In this document: in pieces, positions 1-8,454 of the stretch
Numbering within the stretch: the stretch's first letter is position 1
Layout of the letters: every line of letters starts with the position of its first letter
Assembly: GCA_050250695.1 (NCBI GenBank)
Contig: JBFWOE010000005.1
Coordinates: 1-63,252, forward strand
DNA from: Burkholderiales bacterium
GTDB lineage: Bacteria > Pseudomonadota > Gammaproteobacteria > Burkholderiales > SG8-41
DNA: 63,252 nt
Direction: 5' to 3'
Position numbers and translations under genes: made by a program
Notes under the pieces: generated by a model
The model's database searches: none
Seen by the model: only the letters and a program-made list of their open reading frames with translations
Told to the model about the DNA's origin: nothing

Positions 1-376
1 GTCGAACCTGTGCCGGCGGCGTTGCCGTTTTCGCCGGCGCGGTTACGGCCGGCTTTTCAACGGTTGCGGGCGTTATTTTTGCGGGAGGTGGGGCGAAGTC
101 CGGAGCTGCCGGCTGTTCGCTGATCAAGGGCGGGGTGGGCGAGGGTTCCGGCAGAGGTTCAACTGCCGCGGCGGCTGCTTCCTGCCGGACCCCGGCAGGG
201 AGTGATTCCGGAGTGGATGCGGACGCTGCCTGTTGCCCGGTGACGACAATTTCCGGTGCCGTTGCGGCCGGTTGCTGGCCGTGGGTGGCGCAGCCCGCGG
301 CCAGCAGCACGATCATCACGGGAATGCGCAACGCTCCAGACAAGCCGGAGCCCGTGAAATGCGGAAGGTTGATCAT
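1..376 (-). CDS. Pro/Ala-rich putative lipoprotein, truncated at the window edge
   Basis: Manual minus-strand translation MINLPHFTGSGLSGALRIPVMIVLLAAGCATHGQQP...; lipobox LAAGC; no stop before position 1; start uncertain. Confidence 0.6.
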   Translation of the reverse strand, partial: MINLPHFTGSGLSGALRIPVMIVLLAAGCATHGQQPAATAPEIVVTGQQAASASTPESLPAGVRQEAAAAAVEPLPEPSPTPPLISEQPAAPDFAPPPAKITPATVEKPAVTAPAKTATPPAQVR

Positions 377-452
377 GCGAATTCGAACGCGGCTTCCGTT
401 GTTGGTTCCCCGGTTCCAGTATCATGGCGTCCCGTCCATCGCAAGGGTTGTC

Positions 453-674
453 GTGGAAAACCGCGAATTTCAACTGAACGTCGAACACGTGCGGTTGTGT
501 GACCTGCTCAAACTTGCCGGCATTGCCGGCAGTGGCGGGCAGGGCAAACAACTGGTAGCCGCGGGCGAGGTGACGGTGGACGGCCGCCCGGAAAGCCGCA
601 AAACCGCGAAGATCCGCGGCGGGCAGACGGTGTCATGCCACGGCGTCAGCATTACCGTGCGCGCAAAATCCTGA
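453..674 (+). CDS. RNA-binding S4 domain protein (YbcJ/YaaA-like)
   Basis: LCDLLKLAGIAGSGGQGKQLVAAGEVTVDG...RKTAKIRGG S4 signature; GTG start at 453 inferred. Confidence 0.85.
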   Translation: MENREFQLNVEHVRLCDLLKLAGIAGSGGQGKQLVAAGEVTVDGRPESRKTAKIRGGQTVSCHGVSITVRAKS

Positions 675-690
675 GGGGACTGCAGCCGGC

Positions 691-891
691 ATGGAGTCGC
701 GTCTGTCCGAAATCGAGGTCAAGCTGAGTTTCAGCGAGGATCTGCTCGAAGAGCTGAATCGCACGGTGGCGCGCCAGCAGCAACAGATCGCCGCGCTCGA
801 GCAGCAGGTGCGCGACCTGCGCCTGCAATTGCAGCGCAGCCTTCCGGCCGATCCTTCGATGACTGGCGACGAGGTGCCGCCGCATTACTGA
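691..891 (+). CDS. slyX: SlyX family protein
   Basis: RLSEIEVKLSFSEDLLEELN coiled coil with C-terminal PPHY motif. Confidence 0.9.
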   Translation: MESRLSEIEVKLSFSEDLLEELNRTVARQQQQIAALEQQVRDLRLQLQRSLPADPSMTGDEVPPHY

Positions 892-999
892 TTTCCGGGA
901 TTGCCGGCGGTCAGGCCCCGGAATAACGGGGTTTCCGGGCCCGGAACGCAACTTGTTGATTATATTGATGGTTGGGTTGCGATTTGAGATAATGCCCAC

Positions 1000-1347
1000 A
1001 TGAACGATTCACAACCCCCAGCTCCGGCCCAATCGCCCCGCGCCCGCATGCAGGAACTGCTGGCAATCCCCGACCGCAATCGTACTGATGCGGAGTGGGA
1101 TGAACTCAACGAACTTGAGATCGCGCTGGCCTCCGGTAACCGTCCAGGTGCGCCCGAACCGCAATCGCGGCAGAATCACCAGCGCCAGAACATGGGCGGC
1201 GCTGGACGCATGCCGCAGCCCGGCGGCGGACGTCCGCAAAACAAGGGTCCCGGCGGGGGGGGCAAGAAATTCCACAAGCGTTCCGGCAAACGCCGCGGTG
1301 GCGGCGGCGGTGGTGGAAACGGTGCACCGCCTCAGCAACCGCAATAA
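1000..1347 (+). CDS. hypothetical protein with Gly/Gln/Lys-rich low-complexity tail
   Basis: ORF track; ordered N-terminus RMQELLAIPDRNRTDAEWDELNELEI followed by a disordered tail. Confidence 0.65.
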   Translation: MNDSQPPAPAQSPRARMQELLAIPDRNRTDAEWDELNELEIALASGNRPGAPEPQSRQNHQRQNMGGAGRMPQPGGGRPQNKGPGGGGKKFHKRSGKRRGGGGGGGNGAPPQQPQ

Positions 1348-1448
1348 GCGCAGTTTCCGGCCGGCAACTTTCCCGACGCGATAACCGCTGACGCAGCACG
1401 CGCGTCGCGCATGCTGCGCGACCGTACCCATTCCAGGAAAGCGATACC

Positions 1449-1721
1449 ATGGCTCTCACCCCTGCCGAGCTGCAGAAGCTCAATGCGATGAAACTCGTCA
1501 ACCAGATGAAAAATGCCGGCGCACACGGCCGTCCCGGCGGCACCGTCAAAACCGTGGACCGGCGCGAACAGCGACGGCTCGATCAGGCTGCCGGACTGAT
1601 GCCCTTCGCCGTCAAGCTGAATGGCGACCTGATCAAACGGATACACGCGCTGGCAGCGGACAGCAAAACAGGTATCAACGAAACCGTTGCCGAATTGCTG
1701 CAGAAAGCGCTGAAAAAATAA
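1449..1721 (+). CDS. hypothetical protein, possible C-terminal ribbon-helix-helix
   Basis: PFAVKLNGDLIKRIHALAA...INETVAELLQKAL resembles an RHH pattern; AGGA upstream. Confidence 0.7.
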   Translation: MALTPAELQKLNAMKLVNQMKNAGAHGRPGGTVKTVDRREQRRLDQAAGLMPFAVKLNGDLIKRIHALAADSKTGINETVAELLQKALKK

Positions 1722-1751
1722 CGCTGCGCGGCGCGTTTGCGCCGCCGGATT

Positions 1752-2174
1752 TCAGATCGCGTGATGGCCTGCGCCTGCCGGCAGCTCCGCCAGTTCGATC
1801 AGGCAGTTCTCCGTCGCCGAGGGATCCAGGAACGCGATGCGGCAGCCGGCGTGACCGATGCGCGGCACCTGGTCCAGCAGAGGGATGCCCTTGGCCTTCA
1901 GCTCGGCGAGCGCCTCGTCAATGTTCTCGACTTCGAGGCAGATGTGATTCAGGCCGCCCTTGCCTTCGGCGATCATTTTCGCCTGCTTGCTGTCGGGCGT
2001 GATGCCGGCGAGCAGTTCGACCATCGAATCGCCCACCGGATAGAGAGCGAGCCGCCGCGTCGCGTTTTCCTCGACGCCGCCGAGCCTGATGCCGAAACAG
2101 CCCTCCCAGAGTTTGCGGCTGGCTTCCACATCGCGAACCACGATGCCGACATGTTCGATCCGTTTGACTTTCAT
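1752..2174 (-). CDS. VOC family protein, methylmalonyl-CoA epimerase-like
   Basis: IEHVGIVV, VELL, GLNHICLEVENI and LIELAE metal-binding VOC motifs; GGAG RBS. Confidence 0.85.
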   Translation of the reverse strand: MKVKRIEHVGIVVRDVEASRKLWEGCFGIRLGGVEENATRRLALYPVGDSMVELLAGITPDSKQAKMIAEGKGGLNHICLEVENIDEALAELKAKGIPLLDQVPRIGHAGCRIAFLDPSATENCLIELAELPAGAGHHAI

Positions 2175-2290
2175 GCTGCGCTCCTCCGTCCGGGCTTGGC
2201 GCATGATGCCCGTAGCACGACATGGACTCAAGCCCGCCGGCGGGTGGTGCGCGGTGTAACATGGCCCGGTCCCGTTCCGGAATCAGCCCC

Positions 2291-2719
2291 ATGACCACCC
2301 TGACCAGCACGGCGACCGCATGCTGGCGGTCCACCGTTCCGCTCTACATCCACCTGGGTTTCGAACTCGATGCACTGGAAGACGGCCGGTCGCAGGTTCG
2401 GCTGAAATTCCAGCCACACCTCGGCAATTCCCGCGGCGAAGTGCACGGCGGCACGGTGGCGGCCATGGTCGATGCCGCGATGTCGCAGGCGGTGCGTTCG
2501 CTGGTCGACCGTGAAATGGGCGTCGCCACCATGACGATGAACCTCGCTTATCTTGCGCCGGCGCGGGGCGAAATCATCTGCCGGGGCAGTGTCATCAAAC
2601 GCGGACGCAGTGTAATGTTCACCGAAGCCGAGGTGATCGGCGAGGATGGCGTACTGGCCTGCCGCGCGGGCGCGAGTTACCGCATCCTGCCCAAAACAGT
2701 TTACGAAAAAACCCCCTAG
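2291..2719 (+). CDS. PaaI family thioesterase
   Basis: N..GEVHGGTVAAMVDAAM hot-dog motif. Confidence 0.9.
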   Translation: MTTLTSTATACWRSTVPLYIHLGFELDALEDGRSQVRLKFQPHLGNSRGEVHGGTVAAMVDAAMSQAVRSLVDREMGVATMTMNLAYLAPARGEIICRGSVIKRGRSVMFTEAEVIGEDGVLACRAGASYRILPKTVYEKTP

Positions 2720-2767
2720 CATCCATGTTCAACGGCGGCGTTCGCTGCCACAACCGGAGGAGTAACC

Positions 2768-3328
2768 ATGAGCAAACCACTGGGCAATGAAGACCTGTCT
2801 GAAAAGCCGGGCGAACGCGTCATCGACAAACCTGAGCTGCCCGCCGGCGGCATCACCAACGAGAACGACGTTTTCACCGAAGTGATCGCCGGCGAGATGC
2901 ACCTCAAGCGCGGCCGCATGGGCAAGTTCGAGGTGTTCACCGACGAGGCGCCGCGCCTCGGCGGTACGGACAAATACCCGTCGCCGATGACCTACCTGGC
3001 GATGGCGGTAGGGTTCTGACTGCTGACCCAGGTTGCGCGGTACGCGCACATGATGAAAATGAAGGTCAGCGGGGCGAACTGCCGCGTGGTGTTCCGCAAG
3101 CATCTTGGCGGATCGGTGCTCAAGGGCACGGTGTTCAACCGCTGGGAAGGTGTCGATACCTATCTCAAGCTGAACAGCGACGAGCCGGCGGACAAGCTTG
3201 CACACCTGATCAAAAACGCCAAGGCAGGCTGTTTTGCCGAGGGCCTGATCGTGCAACCGGTTCCCTTGCACAGTCATGTCGAGGTCAACGGCCAGCCGTT
3301 TCATATCGACGGAGTGACTGGGAAGTAA
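2768..3328 (+). CDS. OsmC-like peroxiredoxin, predicted selenoprotein (Sec84 encoded by TGA 3017-3019), 186 aa
   Basis: ORFs 2768-3019 and 3050-3328 are in one frame, joined by TGA CTG CTG ACC CAG GTT GCG CGG TAC GCG CAC. OsmC motif DEAPRLGGTDKYPSPMTYLAMAVGF-U-LLTQ puts the TGA at the catalytic Cys site; second Cys in GCFAE; SECIS-like hairpin follows. Confidence 0.88.
3032..3049 (+). promoter_or_regulatory. candidate bacterial SECIS hairpin (OsmC-like gene)
   Basis: GT(T)GCGCG-GTA-CGCGCAC: stem starts +13 after the TGA, has a bulged U, loop G at +21; resembles the E. coli fdhF SECIS upper stem. Confidence 0.75.
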
Positions 3329-3409
3329 TCAATAAAACAGATGGTTGTGTAAATCCACCGGAGCGCGGCCTGTGCCGCGCTCCGGAATCCAATGCATGGA
3401 GACAGGTTG

Positions 3410-4288
3410 ATGAGCGCATTCGACATCCACGCCGGCGGCAAGGAAACGCATTTGCCGGACGATTTTCGCTGGCCCGGCGGCAAGCGCATTGCGGTGTTTT
3501 TCCGCGTGTCCTTCGAGTGGTGGTCCGACGGCAAATGGCCTGGCATCGGGCCGATGGGCAATCCGCTGAAGGCGGGCGTGCCCGATCTCAACGCCGTGGG
3601 CTGGGCCGAATACGGACACCGCCGCGGCATCCACCGCATCCTCGACGTGCTGGCGCGGCAGAACACCAGGGCCACCATCAACGTCAGTGGCATCATGGCC
3701 GAACGTTACCCGGAGACGGTGCGCAAAATCGCCGAAGCGGGACATGAAATCGTCGCGCATTCGTACACCATGGACATGATCCCGTGTTACCTGTCCGAGG
3801 AAGAAGAGCGCGCCAACATCGTGCACACCACGGAGCTGATCGAACGTGCCACCGGCATCCGGCCTCGCGGCTGGATCAGTCCGCGCAGCACGCCGGGCCT
3901 GCGTTCGCCGCGGCTGCTCGCCGAAGCCGGTTACGAATGGCACGGCGACACGCTGAACGACGACCTGCCGTACCGTGTCGATTTCGGCGACCGCTCGATC
4001 ATTGCCTTTCCCAACAACACCGAGGTCAACGACCTGCCGCTGTACATGCGCCACGGCAACGCGCCGAAGGTCATGCTCGAGATCTTCGAACACTGGCTCG
4101 ACTGTGCGCGTCACCGCGAGACCGGGCCGGTGCGCATGGATCCGGCGATCCATACCCATGTTTTCGGCCGTTCGCCGGGCCTGTTCGTCTACGAGGACAT
4201 CATCAAGGCCGCGAAGGCCGCAGATGACGTGTGGATCGGAACGCGCTCGGAGGCGGTCGATCATTGCAGGCGTACCCTCGGCGGCTGA
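3410..4288 (+). CDS. polysaccharide deacetylase family protein (PuuE/allantoinase-like)
   Basis: WPGGKRIAV, EYGHRRGIHRIL, GHEIVAHSY, PRGWISP, DDLPY motifs; start could be 3392. Confidence 0.88.
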   Translation: MSAFDIHAGGKETHLPDDFRWPGGKRIAVFFRVSFEWWSDGKWPGIGPMGNPLKAGVPDLNAVGWAEYGHRRGIHRILDVLARQNTRATINVSGIMAERYPETVRKIAEAGHEIVAHSYTMDMIPCYLSEEEERANIVHTTELIERATGIRPRGWISPRSTPGLRSPRLLAEAGYEWHGDTLNDDLPYRVDFGDRSIIAFPNNTEVNDLPLYMRHGNAPKVMLEIFEHWLDCARHRETGPVRMDPAIHTHVFGRSPGLFVYEDIIKAAKAADDVWIGTRSEAVDHCRRTLGG

Positions 4289-4400
4289 ATTGCGGCACAA
4301 TCGGGGTTCCCGCGGCGGGGCCGCGGGGCGCAGCGATCAAACCGCCGCGCGTGACAACGAAATCCGCAGCAGCGGATGCCTACTCAGCACAGGAGGAGTC

Positions 4401-5375
4401 ATGAACAACATATTTTCCCGGGTCGCAGGCTTGTTGCTGGCGGCATTTGTTGCCGCAGGCGCCGTGCAGCATGCCGTCGCTGCTTATCCCGAGCGGCCGA
4501 TCCGCCTGATCGTGCCGTTTGCACCCCAGGGCCCGAATGACGTGCTTGCCCGGCTGGTCGGGGCCAGGCTGACCGACACCTGGGGACAGCAGGTTGTCGT
4601 CGACAACCGTCCCGGCGCGGGCACCATCATTGGCACCGAACTGCTGGTGCGTTCCCAGCCCGACGGTTACACGCTGCTGATGATTTCTGCGAGCACGGCG
4701 GTCAATCCGACGCTGAAGAAAAAGCTGCCCTACGACACGCTGAAGGAGATTGTGCCGCTGGTGCAGCTGGCATCCTCCCCGACCGTGCTGGTGGTGCACC
4801 CTTCGGTGCAGGCGACGAGCATTTCCGAGCTGGTGGCGCTGGCAAAGGCCAAGCCGGGTGGCCTGACCTTTGCATCCGGCGGCACCGGCACCACCACGCA
4901 CCTGGCCGGCGAGCTGTTCGCGAACACGGCGGGCATCAAGTGGACGCACGTTCCGTACAAGGGTACGGGGCCGGCGAACATCGACCTGCTCGGCGGCCGC
5001 GTCTCAGGCATGTTCGGCACCTTCCTGCCGGTGATCCCGCACATCAAGTCCGGTCGCATGCGCGCGATCGGCGTGACCTCGCTGAAACGCAGCCCGGCGC
5101 TGCCTGACGTGCCTGCGGTGGCCGAGTCGCTCCCGGGCTTCGAAGCGGTGTCGTTCTTCGGCATCGCCACGCCGGCGGGCGTACCGAAAGCCGTGCGCGA
5201 CATGCTCAACCGCGAAATCGCACGCATCATCACCGAACCGGCGATGCGCGAGAACCTGCGCAAGCAGGGCACCGACGCCGTCGGCAACAGCGAGGCCGAG
5301 TTCACCGCATTTTTCCGCGGTGAGATGAAAAAATGGGCCAAAGTGATCAAGGATGCCGGCATCAAGGCAAATTGA
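4401..5375 (+). CDS. tripartite tricarboxylate transporter substrate-binding protein (Bug/TctC)
   Basis: Signal peptide; YPERPIRLIVPF, VVVDNRPGAG, HVPYKG; AGGAGG RBS. Confidence 0.93.
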   Translation: MNNIFSRVAGLLLAAFVAAGAVQHAVAAYPERPIRLIVPFAPQGPNDVLARLVGARLTDTWGQQVVVDNRPGAGTIIGTELLVRSQPDGYTLLMISASTAVNPTLKKKLPYDTLKEIVPLVQLASSPTVLVVHPSVQATSISELVALAKAKPGGLTFASGGTGTTTHLAGELFANTAGIKWTHVPYKGTGPANIDLLGGRVSGMFGTFLPVIPHIKSGRMRAIGVTSLKRSPALPDVPAVAESLPGFEAVSFFGIATPAGVPKAVRDMLNREIARIITEPAMRENLRKQGTDAVGNSEAEFTAFFRGEMKKWAKVIKDAGIKAN

Positions 5376-5394
5376 TCCGGGCCCGCCCCCGGAC

Positions 5395-5997
5395 CTAAGT
5401 AAAGTCGAGGCGCGTGTCGCGCAGCACTCCGAACAGGCGGATCGGATCGCGGCGCGGAATGGCCAGCGCCGGCAGTTCCTCGGCTTCCAGCACGATGCCG
5501 CCCGCGGCATATGCGTCCATCACCGGTTTTGACAGCACCATTTCCCCGGCGCGCGCGCGGTGCAGCAGCCGCTCGGCAACGCTGACGCTGTCGCCGACGA
5601 TCAGCGGCTGCACCGGCAGAGCCGGGTCGGCGACGCCGACCACCACATCGCCGGCATGCAGCCCGATCGATACTGCCGCGCGGATGCCGTAGTCCTGCTG
5701 CCACGATTCCTCGATGGCCGTGAATTCGCGCTGGATGTCCTGCGCCGCCGCGACCGCCTGCCGGGCCCGGTCCGCACCGGTGAAGGATGCCATCAGGGTG
5801 TCGTTCAGGGCACTGCGCACCACTCCGCCGTGCGTTTCGACCGCGGTTCGCACCAGCGCGAAAAATTCCGCTGCGCGCGCCAGCACCACGTCCGGCTCGA
5901 GCATTGCCGAAGTACGGGTGAAACCGCTGGTCTCGGCAAACAGGATGACTGCAGCCACGCGTTCCGGTTTCGGCGCTGTTGATTTGGTTGCCGCCAT
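5395..5997 (-). CDS. stand-alone class III adenylate/guanylate cyclase-like domain protein, catalytic residues degenerate
   Basis: ILFAETSGFT, DTLMASF, IGLHAGDVVVG, GDSVSVAERL. Confidence 0.8.
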   Translation of the reverse strand: MAATKSTAPKPERVAAVILFAETSGFTRTSAMLEPDVVLARAAEFFALVRTAVETHGGVVRSALNDTLMASFTGADRARQAVAAAQDIQREFTAIEESWQQDYGIRAAVSIGLHAGDVVVGVADPALPVQPLIVGDSVSVAERLLHRARAGEMVLSKPVMDAYAAGGIVLEAEELPALAIPRRDPIRLFGVLRDTRLDFT

Positions 5998-6207
5998 GCT
6001 GATGAACCTCCCTTGTATCCGCCGGCAGAATACATATTCTAGTGGGGCCTGCGCACACCTGCGCGGTAATTGTGCCTCGAATTCAATGATCTAGCGACTG
6101 TCGGGCAGCAGAGACAGGGTACTGCCAGAGGGCTGATTTCCGGCCATCGCTTTTCCGGGATCATGTCCCTATGATGCGCAATCAATTCATCATGCCGGGG
6201 AGATCAC

Positions 6208-6525
6208 ATGAGGCACTGCGCTGCAATACTGCTCGCCCTGCTGTTCGCCGCTGCCATTCAGGGTTGCGGCCGGGAATCCGAACCCGGGGTGCAGCCCAAA
6301 CCGGTGCCGGCCCAGAAACAATCGCAGCCCCGGCAGACACTGATCGACATCAACCGCGCCAGCGTTGCGGAATTGATGACGCTGAAGGGAATCGGCGAGG
6401 CGCGCGCCAGGGCCATCATCCGCGGCCGTCCCTACGCACGCAAAGATGACCTGGTGCACAAGGGCATCATTTCCGAGTCTGTCTACGGCCACATCAAGGA
6501 CCAGATCATCGCCCGGCAGAAGTGA
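6208..6525 (+). CDS. helix-hairpin-helix (ComEA-like) lipoprotein
   Basis: Signal peptide with IQGC lipobox; IDINRASVAELMTLKGIGEARARAII. Confidence 0.85.
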   Translation: MRHCAAILLALLFAAAIQGCGRESEPGVQPKPVPAQKQSQPRQTLIDINRASVAELMTLKGIGEARARAIIRGRPYARKDDLVHKGIISESVYGHIKDQIIARQK

Positions 6526-6570
6526 CCTGCATGGCGGCGCCAGTCGCCATGTTTTCAGCACCAGACCCCA

Positions 6571-7191
6571 CTATTTTGCCAGCGGCGGCAGGGGCAGCGG
6601 CGTGCCTGCGGGCAGCGGCGTACGATCGACGTTCAGGCACATCGACACCAGCACGTAAAAGCCGTTGACCGTGATCAGGTCGACCACACCGCGTTCGCCG
6701 AAGCGCGCAACGGCACGCGCATACATCGCGTCGCTGACGCCCTGCGAGGACTGCAGTTCGGTCGAGAATTCGTAGACCAGGGTTTCGTCGGCATCCATGT
6801 TCGCCGGATGTCGGCCCTGCGCGATGTCTTCGGCGATTTTCGGATCGAGTCCGCCTTCCAGCGCGAGTTTGTGGTGCGCGACCCATTCGTACTGCGAGGT
6901 CCAGTTGCGCGCCGTGACCAGGATTGCCAGTTCATTGAGCTTGCCGGTCAGCGAACTGCGGAAACGGATTTCCTCGCCGAGTTTCTGCACCAGGTCGCCG
7001 ATCCCTGGGCTGCGCAGCCAGACGTTGAACGGTCCGCCCAACGGTCCCGGTTTCGACGCGCCGGAACTGGCGAGTTTCGAACGCGGACCGGATTTGATGG
7101 CGTCGGACAAGGCGCGCTGCTCGGGCGTGAGTTGCTCCAGCGGGATCAGCTTGAAGCGACGAGTATCGGCTGCGGCGTTGTCATTGCTCAT
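6571..7191 (-). CDS. carboxymuconolactone decarboxylase (CMD) family protein
   Basis: GPFNVWLRSP and ELAILVTARNWTSQYEWVAH motifs. Confidence 0.88.
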   Translation of the reverse strand: MSNDNAAADTRRFKLIPLEQLTPEQRALSDAIKSGPRSKLASSGASKPGPLGGPFNVWLRSPGIGDLVQKLGEEIRFRSSLTGKLNELAILVTARNWTSQYEWVAHHKLALEGGLDPKIAEDIAQGRHPANMDADETLVYEFSTELQSSQGVSDAMYARAVARFGERGVVDLITVNGFYVLVSMCLNVDRTPLPAGTPLPLPPLAK

Positions 7192-7250
7192 GGGATGCCT
7201 TATAAAATATTAAATAAAAACAAATATTTACGATCAAACACCGGTGTCTG

Positions 7251-8312
7251 TCAGTCGCGCAGCGTAAAACCCAGACCTGCTGCCGCAGGCACATGGAGTT
7301 TGCCGTCCCTGAACTGCGGTTCGGTCGCAAACCGTTCGCGCAGAGCGGCATGCGCGCCGTGCACTTCGAGCATGCCGCCGTGGGCGTGGCCGGCCATCAC
7401 CGGCAGGTTGGCTGCTTCGAAGCCGCCGGCGCCGGTCACCGGTATGCCGTGCACTTCGGCGAGCGCGAGCAGGCGCAGCATTGCAGTAATGCCGCCGCAG
7501 AACGCGGCGTTGGGCTGCAGGACGTCAAGCGCGCCGGCCACAAGCGCGTCGCGGAACCAGGTCGCAGACTGGATCATCTGTCCGGATGCCAGCGGGATAC
7601 TGATCGCGCGTCTCAGTTCAGCCAGCGCAGGGATGTCGTTGCCACGCAGCGGCTCCTCGAAAAACGCGATGTCGCATTCCGCGACCAGTGAGGCAAGGCG
7701 CTTGGCTTCGGCGACCGTGTAGGCGCAATTGGCATCGAGCATCAGCGGCGCATCGCCGATGGAGGCGCGCACCGCGCGGATGCGCTGCGCTTCTTCGGCG
7801 ATGCTGCGGCCGCCGGCGCCGACGAGGATTTTTGCGCCCTGATAGCCGGCTTTCAGCGCGGCCGTGCAGGCAGCAACGAGTTCTGCTTCGGAAAACGCGG
7901 GCAGCCCGACCGTGGCATAGGCCGGCACCGCGCTGCGTGCGCCGCCGATCAGCCGCGCCACCGGCAGGCTCAATGACTTGCCCTTGATGTCCCACAGTGC
8001 TAGGTCCAGTGCCGACATCGCCGATACAAACACGCCGGGGGACTGGCGCGGATTGAATTTTTTTGCGAGCTGCGCGGTGACGGCTTCGATGTCGAGCGCA
8101 TCCATTCCCCTGGCGGTGGCGGCAATGCCGCCGTTCAGCAGGTGCGCCACCTGGTCGGCAAGGAAGCGACCGGTGACGCCTTCCCCGGAAATGCCTTCAG
8201 ACGCGCTGACCTTGCAGCGCAGGAAAGTCAGGCTTTCCTGTCCTGCATAGGCGTCTGCCGCGCGTGCGGGCTTGATGTGTTCGACTGTTGCACGGATGTC
8301 GAGAATTTTCAT
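7251..8312 (-). CDS. mandelate racemase/muconate lactonizing enzyme family protein
   Basis: ALDLALWDIKGK, LMLDAN, FFEEP, LDVLQPN...GGIT. Confidence 0.9.
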   Translation of the reverse strand: MKILDIRATVEHIKPARAADAYAGQESLTFLRCKVSASEGISGEGVTGRFLADQVAHLLNGGIAATARGMDALDIEAVTAQLAKKFNPRQSPGVFVSAMSALDLALWDIKGKSLSLPVARLIGGARSAVPAYATVGLPAFSEAELVAACTAALKAGYQGAKILVGAGGRSIAEEAQRIRAVRASIGDAPLMLDANCAYTVAEAKRLASLVAECDIAFFEEPLRGNDIPALAELRRAISIPLASGQMIQSATWFRDALVAGALDVLQPNAAFCGGITAMLRLLALAEVHGIPVTGAGGFEAANLPVMAGHAHGGMLEVHGAHAALRERFATEPQFRDGKLHVPAAAGLGFTLRD

Positions 8313-8454
8313 GGGGTGAGTTCAGCCGGGAAATCCGAAGTTTACCGAGCCCCGGTTTTTTGTCATCAAAAAACGGGGAGGCCCGACGTATACTTGGCCT
8401 GCAACAAAAGGTCGTTGGCCCGATTCGCAACGATCAATCATTCAGGGTTCGCAA

